Assembly: GCA_038205215.1 (NCBI GenBank)
Contig: JBBRCB010000009.1
Span: 31,161 to 95,160, forward strand
Reading direction: 5' to 3'
DNA: 64,000 nucleotides
Source: Chitinophagales bacterium
GTDB lineage: Bacteria > Bacteroidota > Bacteroidia > Chitinophagales > Chitinophagaceae
Shown here: positions 8,966-21,190 of the stretch, piece by piece
How positions within the stretch are numbered: position 1 is the stretch's first letter
Layout of the letters: the number at the start of each line of letters is the position of its first letter
Translations under genes and position numbers: made by a program
The notes under the pieces: model-generated
The model's database searches: none
Seen by the model: only the letters and a program-made list of their open reading frames with translations
Told to the model about the DNA's origin: nothing

Positions 8966-9529
8966 TTACTTCACCCTGCCCCAATTCTCACCGCTCTTGA
9001 TACGGTATAAGGTCATCTCGCTTACCTTGTATTTTGTAGCGATTTGCTTATAGGTTAATTTTCTTTTTGGGTTTTTGATCATATCCTTGATCACTTTTAC
9101 CTGGGTGGCATTTAGTTTTAATCCTTCGGTCCTGTTGGCTTGCCTTTTTTTATAAGCAATTTTTTCGGGACTCGATTGCTGATGGCTGCTCACATCATCC
9201 AATGTTGCCCACTTCAAATTCTTATAGTGATTGTCCTTCTTTTTATGATTGGTATGGATTACATATTTATGTTTAGGCGAAGCCTTCTTACAAAACTGCC
9301 TCGCTACTTCCCTGTGAATATAGATGGTGCCGTTACCTCCATTCACATGCAGGTTAAGCGTTCTGTATCCTGAAGTAATGGAACCTGTTAACAGCTTTCC
9401 GTCTTCTGTAATATTTTCACTAAAGCTCGCTGCACGGCCTTGTGATGATACTGCATACTTTTTACGAAGTGTTTTTGAGCCGGTGAACTGAATGGGTTTC
9501 CAAACTTCGCCGGTAATTTTTTTAATCAT
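8966..9529 (-). CDS. NUMOD4 / HNH_3 homing-endonuclease-like protein with C-terminal HTH
   Basis: 187 aa. EVWKPI (NUMOD4-like). GYRTLNLHV...IYIHREVARQF...IHTNHKKKDNHYKNLKWAT (HNH_3-like). C-terminal LTYKQIATKYKVSEMTLYRIKSG HTH. Confidence 0.7.
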   Translation of the reverse strand: MIKKITGEVWKPIQFTGSKTLRKKYAVSSQGRAASFSENITEDGKLLTGSITSGYRTLNLHVNGGNGTIYIHREVARQFCKKASPKHKYVIHTNHKKKDNHYKNLKWATLDDVSSHQQSSPEKIAYKKRQANRTEGLKLNATQVKVIKDMIKNPKRKLTYKQIATKYKVSEMTLYRIKSGENWGRVK

Positions 9530-9614
9530 TGCAATATGATTTTAATGGTGGGATCCGGGCTTATGCGTTTACCCGAAATAATAAGGTTCGACTATAAATA
9601 TAAAAAGAATTTTA

Positions 9615-11714
<2,100 letters not shown>

Positions 11715-11779
11715 TTATAACTTCTGCGCCAAAGATAAAAATTGTAAAGCCCGTTTTAGTACTTTTGAAAAAACTTTTT

Positions 11780-13453
11780 ATGCTATCCTTCAACTTTCAA
11801 TTTTCAACTTTCAATAACAAACTGCTTTTAAACGGTTGCCTGTTGATCATTGCTTTTTCCTCCTGTAAGTTTCGCCAGAAAATACCTTTGGTGGTTCACC
11901 ATGCAAAAATTTACACGGCAGATGAAAAATTTTCTGTTGCAGAAGCTATGGCGGTAAGCGGGGGAAAAATAATTGCCATTGGCACCAATGACGAAATACT
12001 GAAAGAATACGAAGGCGAAGCCGAAGTGAATGCGGGTGGAAAAACTATTTTGCCCGGGTTTATTGATGCCCATTGTCATTTTACAGGCTATGCCACCGAC
12101 CTGTGGAAATGTAACCTGGTAGGCACTATTTCTTTTGAGGATGTAATAAATAAAATGCTGCTGTATAGTAAAACTGCCCCGATGGAATGGCTTTACGGCA
12201 GGGGCTGGGATCAAAATGATTGGGACGTTAAAGAATTTCCCTCGAAAGAAAAACTTGATTCCTTATTTCCCGGCCGCCCTGTTTTTTTAAAACGTATTGA
12301 CGGTCATGCGGCGATAGCCAATCAAAAAGCATTGGATCTTTCAATGATAACTGCCGCTTCAACCATTGAAGGGGGAAGCATAGAGTTAAAAAACGGTAAG
12401 CTGACTGGTATTTTAATTGATAATGCCATGGGGCTTGTTGAAAAAATTATTCCGGGTATAAGCGATGAACTGGCTAAAAAATATTATAACGATGCACAAA
12501 ATACCTGCTTTTCGCTGGGCCTTACGGGTGTGCATGACTGTGGTATCAGCGAACATACGGTGGATTTAATTGATGCTGAACAAAAAGCGGGCAATTTAAA
12601 AATGAAGATCTATGCAATGCTTACAGACAACGCTGAATATTATGACCGCTGGATCAAAAAAGGTATTTATAAGACTGGCATGTTAACTGTAGGTGGATTT
12701 AAATTATATGGCGATGGCGCATTAGGCAGCCGCGGTGCCTGTTTATTGCAGGACTATACCGATAAACCAGGCTGGAAAGGTTTTTTATTAAGTGATCCGG
12801 CACATTTCAGGGATATAGCTGCAAAATTAGCCAACACTAAATTTCAAATGTGTACGCATGCTATAGGTGATAGCGGCAACAGGGAGATTTTAAAAATTTA
12901 TGGAGAGGTGTTGAAAGGAAAAAATGATAAGCGCTGGCGTATTGAGCATGCTCAGGTAGTGAATGAAAACGATTTTAATTTATTTGGAGACTATAATATT
13001 ATTCCATCTGTGCAGCCAACCCATGCAACAAGTGATATGTACTGGGCAGAACAAAGATTGGGTGCAAATCGTATAAAAAATGCGTATGCTTATAAAAGAT
13101 TACTGCAGCAAAATGGATGGATGCCACTGGGAACCGATTTCCCGGTAGAAGACATTTCTCCTTTTAAAACTTTTTATGCAGCCGTTGCAAGGCAGGACAG
13201 TAAAGGCTTTCCGGCTGCGGGCTTTCAAATGGAAAATGCTTTGGGCAGGCAGGAGACCCTTAAAGGTATGACCATCTGGGCAGCAAAAGCGGCATTTGAA
13301 GAGCAGGAAAAGGGCAGCCTGGAAAAAGGCAAAGCTGCCGATTTTATAATCATTGATACCGACCTGATCACCTGCGACCCTGCCGCTATTTTAAAAGCCG
13401 CAGTTAACCAAACTTATATCAATGGTAAAGCCGTTTATAACAGTAAGCGGTAA
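11780..13453 (+). CDS. Amidohydrolase-family (Amidohydro_3) lipoprotein
   Basis: Lipobox LIIAFSSC. Metal motif GFIDAHCH. Long amidohydrolase body. ATG at 11780 (track start at 11765 is TTG). Confidence 0.85.
   Translation: MLSFNFQFSTFNNKLLLNGCLLIIAFSSCKFRQKIPLVVHHAKIYTADEKFSVAEAMAVSGGKIIAIGTNDEILKEYEGEAEVNAGGKTILPGFIDAHCHFTGYATDLWKCNLVGTISFEDVINKMLLYSKTAPMEWLYGRGWDQNDWDVKEFPSKEKLDSLFPGRPVFLKRIDGHAAIANQKALDLSMITAASTIEGGSIELKNGKLTGILIDNAMGLVEKIIPGISDELAKKYYNDAQNTCFSLGLTGVHDCGISEHTVDLIDAEQKAGNLKMKIYAMLTDNAEYYDRWIKKGIYKTGMLTVGGFKLYGDGALGSRGACLLQDYTDKPGWKGFLLSDPAHFRDIAAKLANTKFQMCTHAIGDSGNREILKIYGEVLKGKNDKRWRIEHAQVVNENDFNLFGDYNIIPSVQPTHATSDMYWAEQRLGANRIKNAYAYKRLLQQNGWMPLGTDFPVEDISPFKTFYAAVARQDSKGFPAAGFQMENALGRQETLKGMTIWAAKAAFEEQEKGSLEKGKAADFIIIDTDLITCDPAAILKAAVNQTYINGKAVYNSKR
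11790..11817. repeat. Heptamer-periodic tract TCAACTT TCAATTT TCAACTT TCAATAA inside the 5' end of the CDS
   Basis: Read directly. Encodes SFNFQFSTFNN of the signal-peptide n-region. Confidence 0.6.
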
Positions 13454-13471
13454 AAAAGATTTTGCAATTTG

Positions 13472-13500
13472 AATTAATGTGTTAGTTTTACACATTAATT
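13472..13500. promoter_or_regulatory. Perfect 11-nt inverted repeat AATTAATGTGT-N7-ACACATTAATT between the amidohydrolase and GH13 genes
   Basis: Read directly. Could be an operator (TGTGT/ACACA core shared with 18097-18130) or the terminator of the upstream gene. Confidence 0.35.
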
Positions 13501-13514
13501 TAAATTGCTTGTTT

Positions 13515-16500
13515 ATGAAAAAATGCCTGCTGTTGCTGGTGCTGTTTTGTATTGGAACTGCGTCTTACTCCCAACGTTTATTGAACTGGTCACCCGAATT
13601 TCCTGTCGATAATTCTACTTTAAGTTTTACTATAGATTGTACAAAAGGCAACCAGGGCCTCTTAAATTTTGAAGGCGGTAATTCCAATAATATTTATGTG
13701 CATGTGGGCGTGATCACCAATTTAAGTACGGGCCCTTCGGACTGGAAGTATGTAAAATTTACCTGGGGAACGGCAGATCCAATGGCACATGCAATACCGC
13801 TGGGAGCTAACAAATATCAATACACGATCACTAATATCCGCAGTTTTTTTGGTGTACCCGCCGGCGAGACCATAAAAAAAGTAACGGCAATATTCCGCAA
13901 TGCAACCGGTAGTTTAAAGCAGGTGAATGTTGATAACAGTGACATGTACCTTCCTGTTTATGGTAATACAGAGTACGCGGTGCGCCTTAACCTTCCTCCA
14001 TTTGAACCCCGTTATATCCCATGGCTGGAACCTTTAAGTGTAGCAGTGGGCGGTAGTATAAATATTACCGGTGTTTCATCAGCCAACGCGGCTCTAACTT
14101 TAAAGCTGAATGGTAATGCTATTGCAACAGCAGCAAGCGCCAATACCATTTCTGCAAATCCAACTATTGCTACTGCATGCAATCAAAAAGTAATGCTCGA
14201 AGGCAATGACGGTTCTGGAATTAAAAAAGATTCCTTTGAATTTTATATTCCACCCACAACAACTGTAGCTGCTTTACCGGCTGGTGTACAGGAAGGGATT
14301 AACTACGCCGCCAGCAATACTTCGGTTACGCTCGTGTTGTATGCACCGGGGAAAAATAATGTAGTAGTACTCGGAGATTTTACCAACTGGTCGGCCAGTT
14401 GTACAAACCAGATGAGTAAAACAGCTGACGGTAATTATTTCTGGATCACCATTAATGGCCTTACACCGGGTACCGAATACGCCTACCAGTATTTGATCGA
14501 CAACAGTATTAAAACTGCAGATCCTTACACACAAAAAGTACTGGATCCTGATAATGATCAGTTTATTTCAGCTACAACTTATCCTAACCTTAAAGCTTAC
14601 CCAACTGGTTTAACAACCGGTATCGTGAGCGTGTTGCAAACCGCGGAACCGGCTTATAACTGGCAGGTAAATAATTTCAACAGGCCGGATAAAAAGAATT
14701 TGATGATCTACGAACTGTTAATAAGAGATTTTACGGCACAGCATAGTTACCAGTCATTGATAGATTCTTTTACTTATTTTAAAAACTTAGGCATCAACGC
14801 CATTGAATTAATGCCCATAAACGAATTTGATGGCAACGAAAGCTGGGGATATAATCCTGATTTTTATTTTGCACCGGATAAATATTACGGTACTAAAAAT
14901 AAATTAAAAGAATTTATTGATAAATGTCATTTGAACGGGATCGCGGTTATCCTGGACGTAGTATATAATCATTGCACGGGTAATGCACCGCAGGCAAAAA
15001 TGTATTGGAACGCCGCCAGCAGCCAGCCTGCAGCAAATAATCCCTGGTTAAATGTTACAGCGCCCCACCCTTATAGTGTGTTCAACGATTTTAACCATAC
15101 GTCAACGGCTACACAATATTTAGTGCAGCGTTCCCTTAATCACTGGCTGGATGAATATAAAGTAGATGGTTTCCGTTTTGACCTGGGTAAAGGATTTACG
15201 CAAACACAAACCAATACTACAACGGTTGAAAATTATGATGCCAGCAGGCTGGCTAATTTAAACCGTTACTATGACGGCACTATTGTTACTCACCCCAACA
15301 CTTATATGATCATAGAGTTTTTGGGAACATTGCCCTGCCAGGAAGAACAGGAATATGCTGCCCATGGATTCATGCTTTGGGGCAACAATAACTTTGTGTA
15401 CAATCAAAATACGATGGGATATACAGCGAACTCTGATATCTCACCGATTGTATACAGCGATGCTAAAAAAGCTTTCAACAATCCTGCAGAAGTAGGTTAC
15501 ATGGAAAGTCATGATGAAGAACGCACCATGTATAAAAATTTAAATAACGGGAATGCATCCGGCAGCTATACTGTAAAAACTTTGGCCACTGCTTTGGCGA
15601 GGGAAGAAGCTGCAGCAGCTGTTTTCTTTACAGTTCCCGGTCCAAAAATGATCTGGCAGTTTGAAGAAAGAGGCTATGATATTCCATTAGCATTTGGAGG
15701 TTCAAACCTTGCCAATAAACCACCGCACTGGGAATATATGGATGATGCCAACCGTAAACATTTATATGATACCTATAAAAGTATTATGCAATTGCGGTTG
15801 ACTAACCCTACGATTTTTAATAACCCCACTTTTACTTATGATTTTAATAGCGGGCTCGTGAAAGTTTTTCAAATAGCGGATCCTAACCTTGGGGGAAAGA
15901 AAGTAACGGTACTGGCTAACTTTGATGTGGTGCAGCAAAATAAATCTATTACTTTCCAGGCTGCCGGCGACTGGACAAACTATACCGGTAATGGAACTGG
16001 TACAGGAGTTAATGGAACAACCGGCACCAATTTTACTTTAACTGCAGCAGCGCAAACGATTACATTGCAGCCGGGAGAATACCATATCTATGTAAGTGTT
16101 CCGGCATGTGCCACGCTTGCGCCTACTGCTACAACCCCTGTAAACTATTGCCAAAATGCAACCGCTACGCCTTTAACAGCAACAGGAACTAATTTATTAT
16201 GGTATGCCGCTGCAACAGGTGGAACCGGCACCGCAACCGCCCCTACGCCTTCAACTGCAACAGCCGGTACAGTCACTTATTATGTAAGTCAAACTTCCGG
16301 GTGCGAAAGTGTGCGTTTACCCGTGGTAGTGAACATAACAGCGATTTTAACGGCGCCTACAGTTACCAGTCCGGTAAATTATTGCCAGAATACAACTGCA
16401 GTGCCATTAACAGCTACAGGTACAGGTTTATCCTGGTATTCCACTGCAACAGGTGGAACGGCAAGTACAACAGCACCCACACCATCCACTGCAGCAGCAG

Positions 16501-17141
16501 GGACTATTAATTATTATGTGAGCCAGAAAAATAATTGTGGTGAAAGCATACGTGCACTCATCAACGTGGTAGTGGCGGCAACTCCTGCTGCACCATCTGG
16601 TTTAAATGTTACGGGGGTTACAACCAATTCAGCAATGCTGAACTGGACAATAGTTGCGGGAAATTACTATTCCGTCGAATATAAAGAAACCGGTTCCGCT
16701 ACCTGGATAAATGCAGCAACTGCTGTTACAACAGGCAATCTCGCATTGAACAACCTCAATATTGCTACTTCTTACGACTGGAGAGTAAGCGCCAATTGCG
16801 CAGCACTGCCAACAACCAATTATGCAACCGCACAGTTTGCAACAATGGCACACAACAGTACCATCGGAAGGCTTAAGAATGGTTTTGGAATAAAGATATC
16901 ACCGAACCCTGTTACCGGCAATGCCATCATCGATTACGTGGTACCGGGAAATGGCAAAACAATTATTACTTTGATAAATGCAATTGGCCAGCCACTGCAG
17001 ATCCTTTGTAATGCCTATCTTTTCGGGGGGCAATACCATATCATTATCAATAACCAGTTCAGGGCGCTTGTTAAAGGTGCTTACTTTTTGAGTATTGAAC
17101 AAAACGGTACCAAGTACTTTACACAATTCCAGAAGCAATAA
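13515..17141 (+). CDS. GH13 alpha-amylase-family glycoside hydrolase with CBM48/E-set-like module, Ig-like repeats, FN3 and T9SS C-terminal sorting domain
   Basis: Signal peptide MKKCLLLLVLFCIGTASYSQ. GH13 regions (VILDVVYNH, DGFRFDLGKGF, YMESHDEER). C-terminal Por_Secre_tail-like 80 aa. Confidence 0.9.
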   Translation: MKKCLLLLVLFCIGTASYSQRLLNWSPEFPVDNSTLSFTIDCTKGNQGLLNFEGGNSNNIYVHVGVITNLSTGPSDWKYVKFTWGTADPMAHAIPLGANKYQYTITNIRSFFGVPAGETIKKVTAIFRNATGSLKQVNVDNSDMYLPVYGNTEYAVRLNLPPFEPRYIPWLEPLSVAVGGSINITGVSSANAALTLKLNGNAIATAASANTISANPTIATACNQKVMLEGNDGSGIKKDSFEFYIPPTTTVAALPAGVQEGINYAASNTSVTLVLYAPGKNNVVVLGDFTNWSASCTNQMSKTADGNYFWITINGLTPGTEYAYQYLIDNSIKTADPYTQKVLDPDNDQFISATTYPNLKAYPTGLTTGIVSVLQTAEPAYNWQVNNFNRPDKKNLMIYELLIRDFTAQHSYQSLIDSFTYFKNLGINAIELMPINEFDGNESWGYNPDFYFAPDKYYGTKNKLKEFIDKCHLNGIAVILDVVYNHCTGNAPQAKMYWNAASSQPAANNPWLNVTAPHPYSVFNDFNHTSTATQYLVQRSLNHWLDEYKVDGFRFDLGKGFTQTQTNTTTVENYDASRLANLNRYYDGTIVTHPNTYMIIEFLGTLPCQEEQEYAAHGFMLWGNNNFVYNQNTMGYTANSDISPIVYSDAKKAFNNPAEVGYMESHDEERTMYKNLNNGNASGSYTVKTLATALAREEAAAAVFFTVPGPKMIWQFEERGYDIPLAFGGSNLANKPPHWEYMDDANRKHLYDTYKSIMQLRLTNPTIFNNPTFTYDFNSGLVKVFQIADPNLGGKKVTVLANFDVVQQNKSITFQAAGDWTNYTGNGTGTGVNGTTGTNFTLTAAAQTITLQPGEYHIYVSVPACATLAPTATTPVNYCQNATATPLTATGTNLLWYAAATGGTGTATAPTPSTATAGTVTYYVSQTSGCESVRLPVVVNITAILTAPTVTSPVNYCQNTTAVPLTATGTGLSWYSTATGGTASTTAPTPSTAAAGTINYYVSQKNNCGESIRALINVVVAATPAAPSGLNVTGVTTNSAMLNWTIVAGNYYSVEYKETGSATWINAATAVTTGNLALNNLNIATSYDWRVSANCAALPTTNYATAQFATMAHNSTIGRLKNGFGIKISPNPVTGNAIIDYVVPGNGKTIITLINAIGQPLQILCNAYLFGGQYHIIINNQFRALVKGAYFLSIEQNGTKYFTQFQKQ
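16137..16604 (+). repeat. Two tandem 234-nt (78-aa) coding repeats (PVNYCQN..PLTATGT.L.WY..ATGG...APTPST..AGT..YYVSQ)
   Basis: The two units start at 16137 and 16371. Ig-like repeats of the kind common in T9SS cargo. Confidence 0.8.
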
Positions 17142-17174
17142 ATTAAATTATATTTGAACCTTAAACCAATCATA

Positions 17175-17915
17175 ATGCCCGCAGAAGTAAATGTAGAAAA
17201 GGTAAAAAATATTAAATCGCTTTTGGCTATCCAGTCGGAAGTAGAAAGTAGTAATAAGATTGCACTTTCTGTTGACTGCGTGATCTTTGGGTTTGATGAA
17301 AATAAATTGAAGGTCTTACTGATACGAAGTGATCTAAAAAAATACCTTGGAAAATGGTCCTTGCTTGGCGACCTGGTAAGTCCGGGTGAAGATCTTGATG
17401 CTGCAGCATACCGGATATTAAAACAGCGTACAGGCTTAAGCGATGTATACCTGGAACAGGTACATACATTTGGCTCGGTTAACCGCCACCCGGCTGGCCG
17501 CGTAGTTACGGTAACGTATTGTTCATTGATCAATATACAGCACCATAAATTAAATATCCTTGACAACGAGCTCCACTGGCATGATATAAAAAACGTGACC
17601 GACCTGGCGTTTGACCACCAGCAGATATTTGACAACTGTTACAGGCGCCTCCAAAAAAGGATACAGGAACACCCCCTGGGCCTTAACCTGTTACCCAAAA
17701 AGTTCTCCCTTAGGGACCTTCAGAATCTATATGAAGCGATTCTGGATACAAAAATGGACAGGCGGAATTTCCGTAAAAAATTCTTTTCCATGGACTTTTT
17801 AATTGACATTGATGAAATGGAGCAGGATGTGCCTCACCGACCCGGCAAGCTCTATAAATTCAATTATGAAAAATATGAAAAGAAAAAAAAGAAATGGGTG
17901 GGTATCGATTTTTAA
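17175..17915 (+). CDS. Nudix-domain + winged-helix protein with degenerate Nudix box (NrtR-like transcriptional regulator)
   Basis: The Nudix box region GDLVSPGEDLDAAAYRILKQRTGL lacks the REUXEE catalytic glutamates. C-terminal domain of about 90 aa. Position directly upstream of susC. Confidence 0.7.
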   Translation: MPAEVNVEKVKNIKSLLAIQSEVESSNKIALSVDCVIFGFDENKLKVLLIRSDLKKYLGKWSLLGDLVSPGEDLDAAAYRILKQRTGLSDVYLEQVHTFGSVNRHPAGRVVTVTYCSLINIQHHKLNILDNELHWHDIKNVTDLAFDHQQIFDNCYRRLQKRIQEHPLGLNLLPKKFSLRDLQNLYEAILDTKMDRRNFRKKFFSMDFLIDIDEMEQDVPHRPGKLYKFNYEKYEKKKKKWVGIDF

Positions 17916-18096
17916 TACTAGGGTTATGCTGCAAAAGGCCCACTTATCGGGGCTGGGCCGGCATTTCGTTAAAGCAGCGTTTTGAAAATACTTCCTGCCT
18001 TTAGATTGACCTCTTTAAGTTTTACGGGTAAAGAAAGACAGAAAAAACTTTAACAAAAAGTTGGTTAGTTAAAATAAAGCCTTACTTTGCGTAAAA

Positions 18097-18130
18097 TTTA
18101 CACATACTTAATTGTGTAAAAAGTACACAT
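18097..18130. promoter_or_regulatory. Three TACACA/TGTGTA half-sites (TTTACACA-N8-TGTGTAAA-AAG-TACACA) upstream of susC
   Basis: Read directly. 48-81 nt upstream of the susC ATG. Confidence 0.35.
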
Positions 18131-18177
18131 CTTAGATTGCTTTATAATTTTTTTAAAAACCGAAACAACTTGCATAT

Positions 18178-21165
18178 ATGAAAAAAATCATCCCACACTT
18201 TTTAAGGGTAGTAACGCAAACGATTGCGCTGTTGTTTTTCTCAATAGCGGCATTCGCTCAAACGGCTGTAACCGGTAAGGTTACCGACAGTAAGGACGGT
18301 TCTCCTGCCGCTGATGTTACAGTTACTGTAAAAGGTACCAGCACCGCTACAAAGACTGCAGCTGACGGTAGTTTTAGGATAACCGCAGCACCAACAGCTA
18401 CCTTATTATTTACTTCCGTAAGCTTTGTAAGCGTTGAAGTTGCTATAGCCGGCAGATCATCACTGGACGTGAAGCTGGTACAAAGCAACCAACAGCTCAA
18501 TGAAGTTGTCATCATTGGCTATGGTACTGCACGTAAAAAAGACCTGACAGGAACCGTAAACGTAGTAACCGCAAAAGATTTTCAAAAAGGCAATATCACT
18601 ACGCCCGAACAAATGATCGCCGGTAAAGTACCGGGTGTTGCCATCACTTCAAATGGCGGGCAGCCGGGTTCAGGTAGTACCATCCGTATCCGTGGCGGTT
18701 CTTCTTTGAATGCGAGTAATGACCCGCTGATCGTTATAGATGGTGTGCCTTTAGACCAGGCTGGTATCAATGGAGCAGGCAGCCCATTGAGTTTTATCAA
18801 TCCAAATGATATTGAAACATTTACTGTTTTGAAAGATGCTTCTGCCGCAGCGATCTATGGTACAAGAGCTGCTAATGGTGTAATCATCATCACCACTAAA
18901 AAGGGTAAAGCAGGTGGATTGAAAATGAATTTTAATACAGTTACTTCCATTGCAAATAAAACAGGCGAGGTAGATGTATTAACCGGAGACCAGGTAAGAG
19001 CGATTGTAGCTAAATCGGGTAATGCCCAGCAAAAAGCACAGGTAGGCACTTCAAGCACAAACTGGCAGGATGCCATTTATCATACCGCCGTATCTACAGA
19101 TAATAATTTAAGTTTCAGCGGAGGGGTTAAAAATCTGCCTTACCGTGTTTCTATCGGGTATTCGTACCTGAATGGTATTTTACAAACAGATCATTTACAA
19201 AAAACGTCGCTGGCGCTGGTATTAAATCCAACCTTCTTTAATAATACCCTTAAAGTTGATATCAACTTGAAAGGGGCCTTAGAAAAAACAAGGTTTGGCA
19301 ACCAGGGTGCTATTGGAGGTGCTGTTAGTTTCGACCCTACTCAAAACATCAATTCCAGCAGTCCAAGGTATAATGGTTACTACGAGTGGACAGAAGCAAA
19401 CGGAGAATTGATCCTGAACCGTCCCAACAATCCTGTTGGCGCTTTAAAACAAACTTTTGATGAGCAATCACCCAAAAGAAGTATTGGCAATATCCAGTTT
19501 GATTATGCAATACCTTATGTAAAAGGATTACATGCCAACCTCAATCTTGCTTATGATGTAAGCAGGAGTTCGGGAACTTATTTTGTGAATGACAGCGCCG
19601 CACAGGCTTATATAATTGGTAAGCCGGGTATTGGTGGTTCTAAAAGCTCAAACAAATCAACAAAGCAAAACACGGTGGTGGATTTTTATTTGAATTATAT
19701 CAAAAACTTCCCTTCCATTAAAAGCAGGATAGACCTTACTGCCGGGTATACTTACAATAATTATTTAGCCACTTACTATAATTATCGCGGCTATAATGCA
19801 AAAGGGGATACTATTGCAGGCACTAAAGCGCCCAACTTCCCTTTCAACAAACCCGAGAATACCGTTATTGGTGTTTTTGGCAGGTTAAATTATATTCTTA
19901 ATGATAAATACTACCTGACGGCAACGATCAGGCGTGATGGTTCATCACGTTTTGGAGATGGCCATAAATGGGGAACCTTTCCTTCAGCAGCTTTATCATG
20001 GAAAATTAAGAATGAAGACTTCTTAAAGAATAGCAGAACCTTTTCTGACCTTAAATTAAGATTAGGATATGGTATTACCGGCCAGCAGGATGGAATTGGT
20101 AACTATGCGTTCCTGTCTACTTATAGTTTAAGCGGCCCGAATTCACTTTCACAATTCGGCAATAGTTATTATTACACTTATGCTCCAAGCGGTTTTTATC
20201 CTGACCTGAAATGGGAAGAAACAACTGGATATAATGTTGGCCTCGATTATGGTTTTATGAATAACAGGATCACCGGTAGTATAGATTTTTACCTGAAGAG
20301 GACAAAAGATCTTTTAAACAGCGTATCCCAACCAGCCGGAACTAACTTCTCTGCCTATGTATTGGCGAACGTTGGTAACATGGATAATAAAGGCGTGGAA
20401 TTTAATATTAACGTTATCCCTGTTAGAAATAAAAATGTTACCTGGGATGTGAATTTCAATGCTACTTACAATAAAAACACAATAACCAATTTAACTATCG
20501 TGCCAAAAGATGTTAGTTATGTAGGTGCTCCGGGTGGCGGCGCAGATGGCGTAAACGGACCTATCCAGTATAGCCAGATCGATCACGCAAAAAATACTTT
20601 CTTCCTCTATCACCAGATATATGATGTGAACGGAAGGCCGATTGAAGGATTGTTTGAAGATGTGAACCGCGATGGCATCATCAATGAAAAGGATAAATAT
20701 TTAGGCAAAGCACCTAACGCAGACCTGTTTTTTGGTTTCAGTACCAATGTGGCTTATAAAAAATGGAACGCTGGTTTTGTTTTAAGGGCAAACTTTGACA
20801 ATTATGTTTACAATAACATTTACAGTAACCTGGGTAAGTCAACGCAGATACTGGATGCCTATACGATCCACAACGGCTCTGTAAATTACCTGGAAACACA
20901 ATTCAATGGTAAGACAGATATCCAGGGATTCAGTGATTATTACCTGGAGAATGCATCATTCCTGAGAATGGATAATCTTTCGGTAGGGTACAATCTTGGC
21001 GCCATAAGAAATACCAAAACTTCTTTGAGGTTAAGTGCCAATGTTCAAAATGTATTTGTCATCACTAACTATAAAGGACTTGACCCTGAAGTGAATGGTG
21101 GTATTGACAGGAATATTTATCCACGTCCAAGGGTAATTTCTGTAGGTGCAAGCCTGGACTTTTAA
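18178..21165 (+). CDS. SusC/RagA-family TonB-dependent outer-membrane transporter
   Basis: 995 aa. Carboxypeptidase-regulatory-like N domain, plug and barrel. Terminal ...GASLDF. Confidence 0.95.
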   Translation: MKKIIPHFLRVVTQTIALLFFSIAAFAQTAVTGKVTDSKDGSPAADVTVTVKGTSTATKTAADGSFRITAAPTATLLFTSVSFVSVEVAIAGRSSLDVKLVQSNQQLNEVVIIGYGTARKKDLTGTVNVVTAKDFQKGNITTPEQMIAGKVPGVAITSNGGQPGSGSTIRIRGGSSLNASNDPLIVIDGVPLDQAGINGAGSPLSFINPNDIETFTVLKDASAAAIYGTRAANGVIIITTKKGKAGGLKMNFNTVTSIANKTGEVDVLTGDQVRAIVAKSGNAQQKAQVGTSSTNWQDAIYHTAVSTDNNLSFSGGVKNLPYRVSIGYSYLNGILQTDHLQKTSLALVLNPTFFNNTLKVDINLKGALEKTRFGNQGAIGGAVSFDPTQNINSSSPRYNGYYEWTEANGELILNRPNNPVGALKQTFDEQSPKRSIGNIQFDYAIPYVKGLHANLNLAYDVSRSSGTYFVNDSAAQAYIIGKPGIGGSKSSNKSTKQNTVVDFYLNYIKNFPSIKSRIDLTAGYTYNNYLATYYNYRGYNAKGDTIAGTKAPNFPFNKPENTVIGVFGRLNYILNDKYYLTATIRRDGSSRFGDGHKWGTFPSAALSWKIKNEDFLKNSRTFSDLKLRLGYGITGQQDGIGNYAFLSTYSLSGPNSLSQFGNSYYYTYAPSGFYPDLKWEETTGYNVGLDYGFMNNRITGSIDFYLKRTKDLLNSVSQPAGTNFSAYVLANVGNMDNKGVEFNINVIPVRNKNVTWDVNFNATYNKNTITNLTIVPKDVSYVGAPGGGADGVNGPIQYSQIDHAKNTFFLYHQIYDVNGRPIEGLFEDVNRDGIINEKDKYLGKAPNADLFFGFSTNVAYKKWNAGFVLRANFDNYVYNNIYSNLGKSTQILDAYTIHNGSVNYLETQFNGKTDIQGFSDYYLENASFLRMDNLSVGYNLGAIRNTKTSLRLSANVQNVFVITNYKGLDPEVNGGIDRNIYPRPRVISVGASLDF

Positions 21166-21190
21166 TTAATCAACAATTGAAAAAAAATAT

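Noticed and set aside
17081-17635. 184-aa minus-strand ORF spanning the GH13 end and the Nudix gene
   Set aside because: It is antisense to two well-supported genes and has no recognisable motifs, with Cys/Trp/Ser-rich shadow composition.
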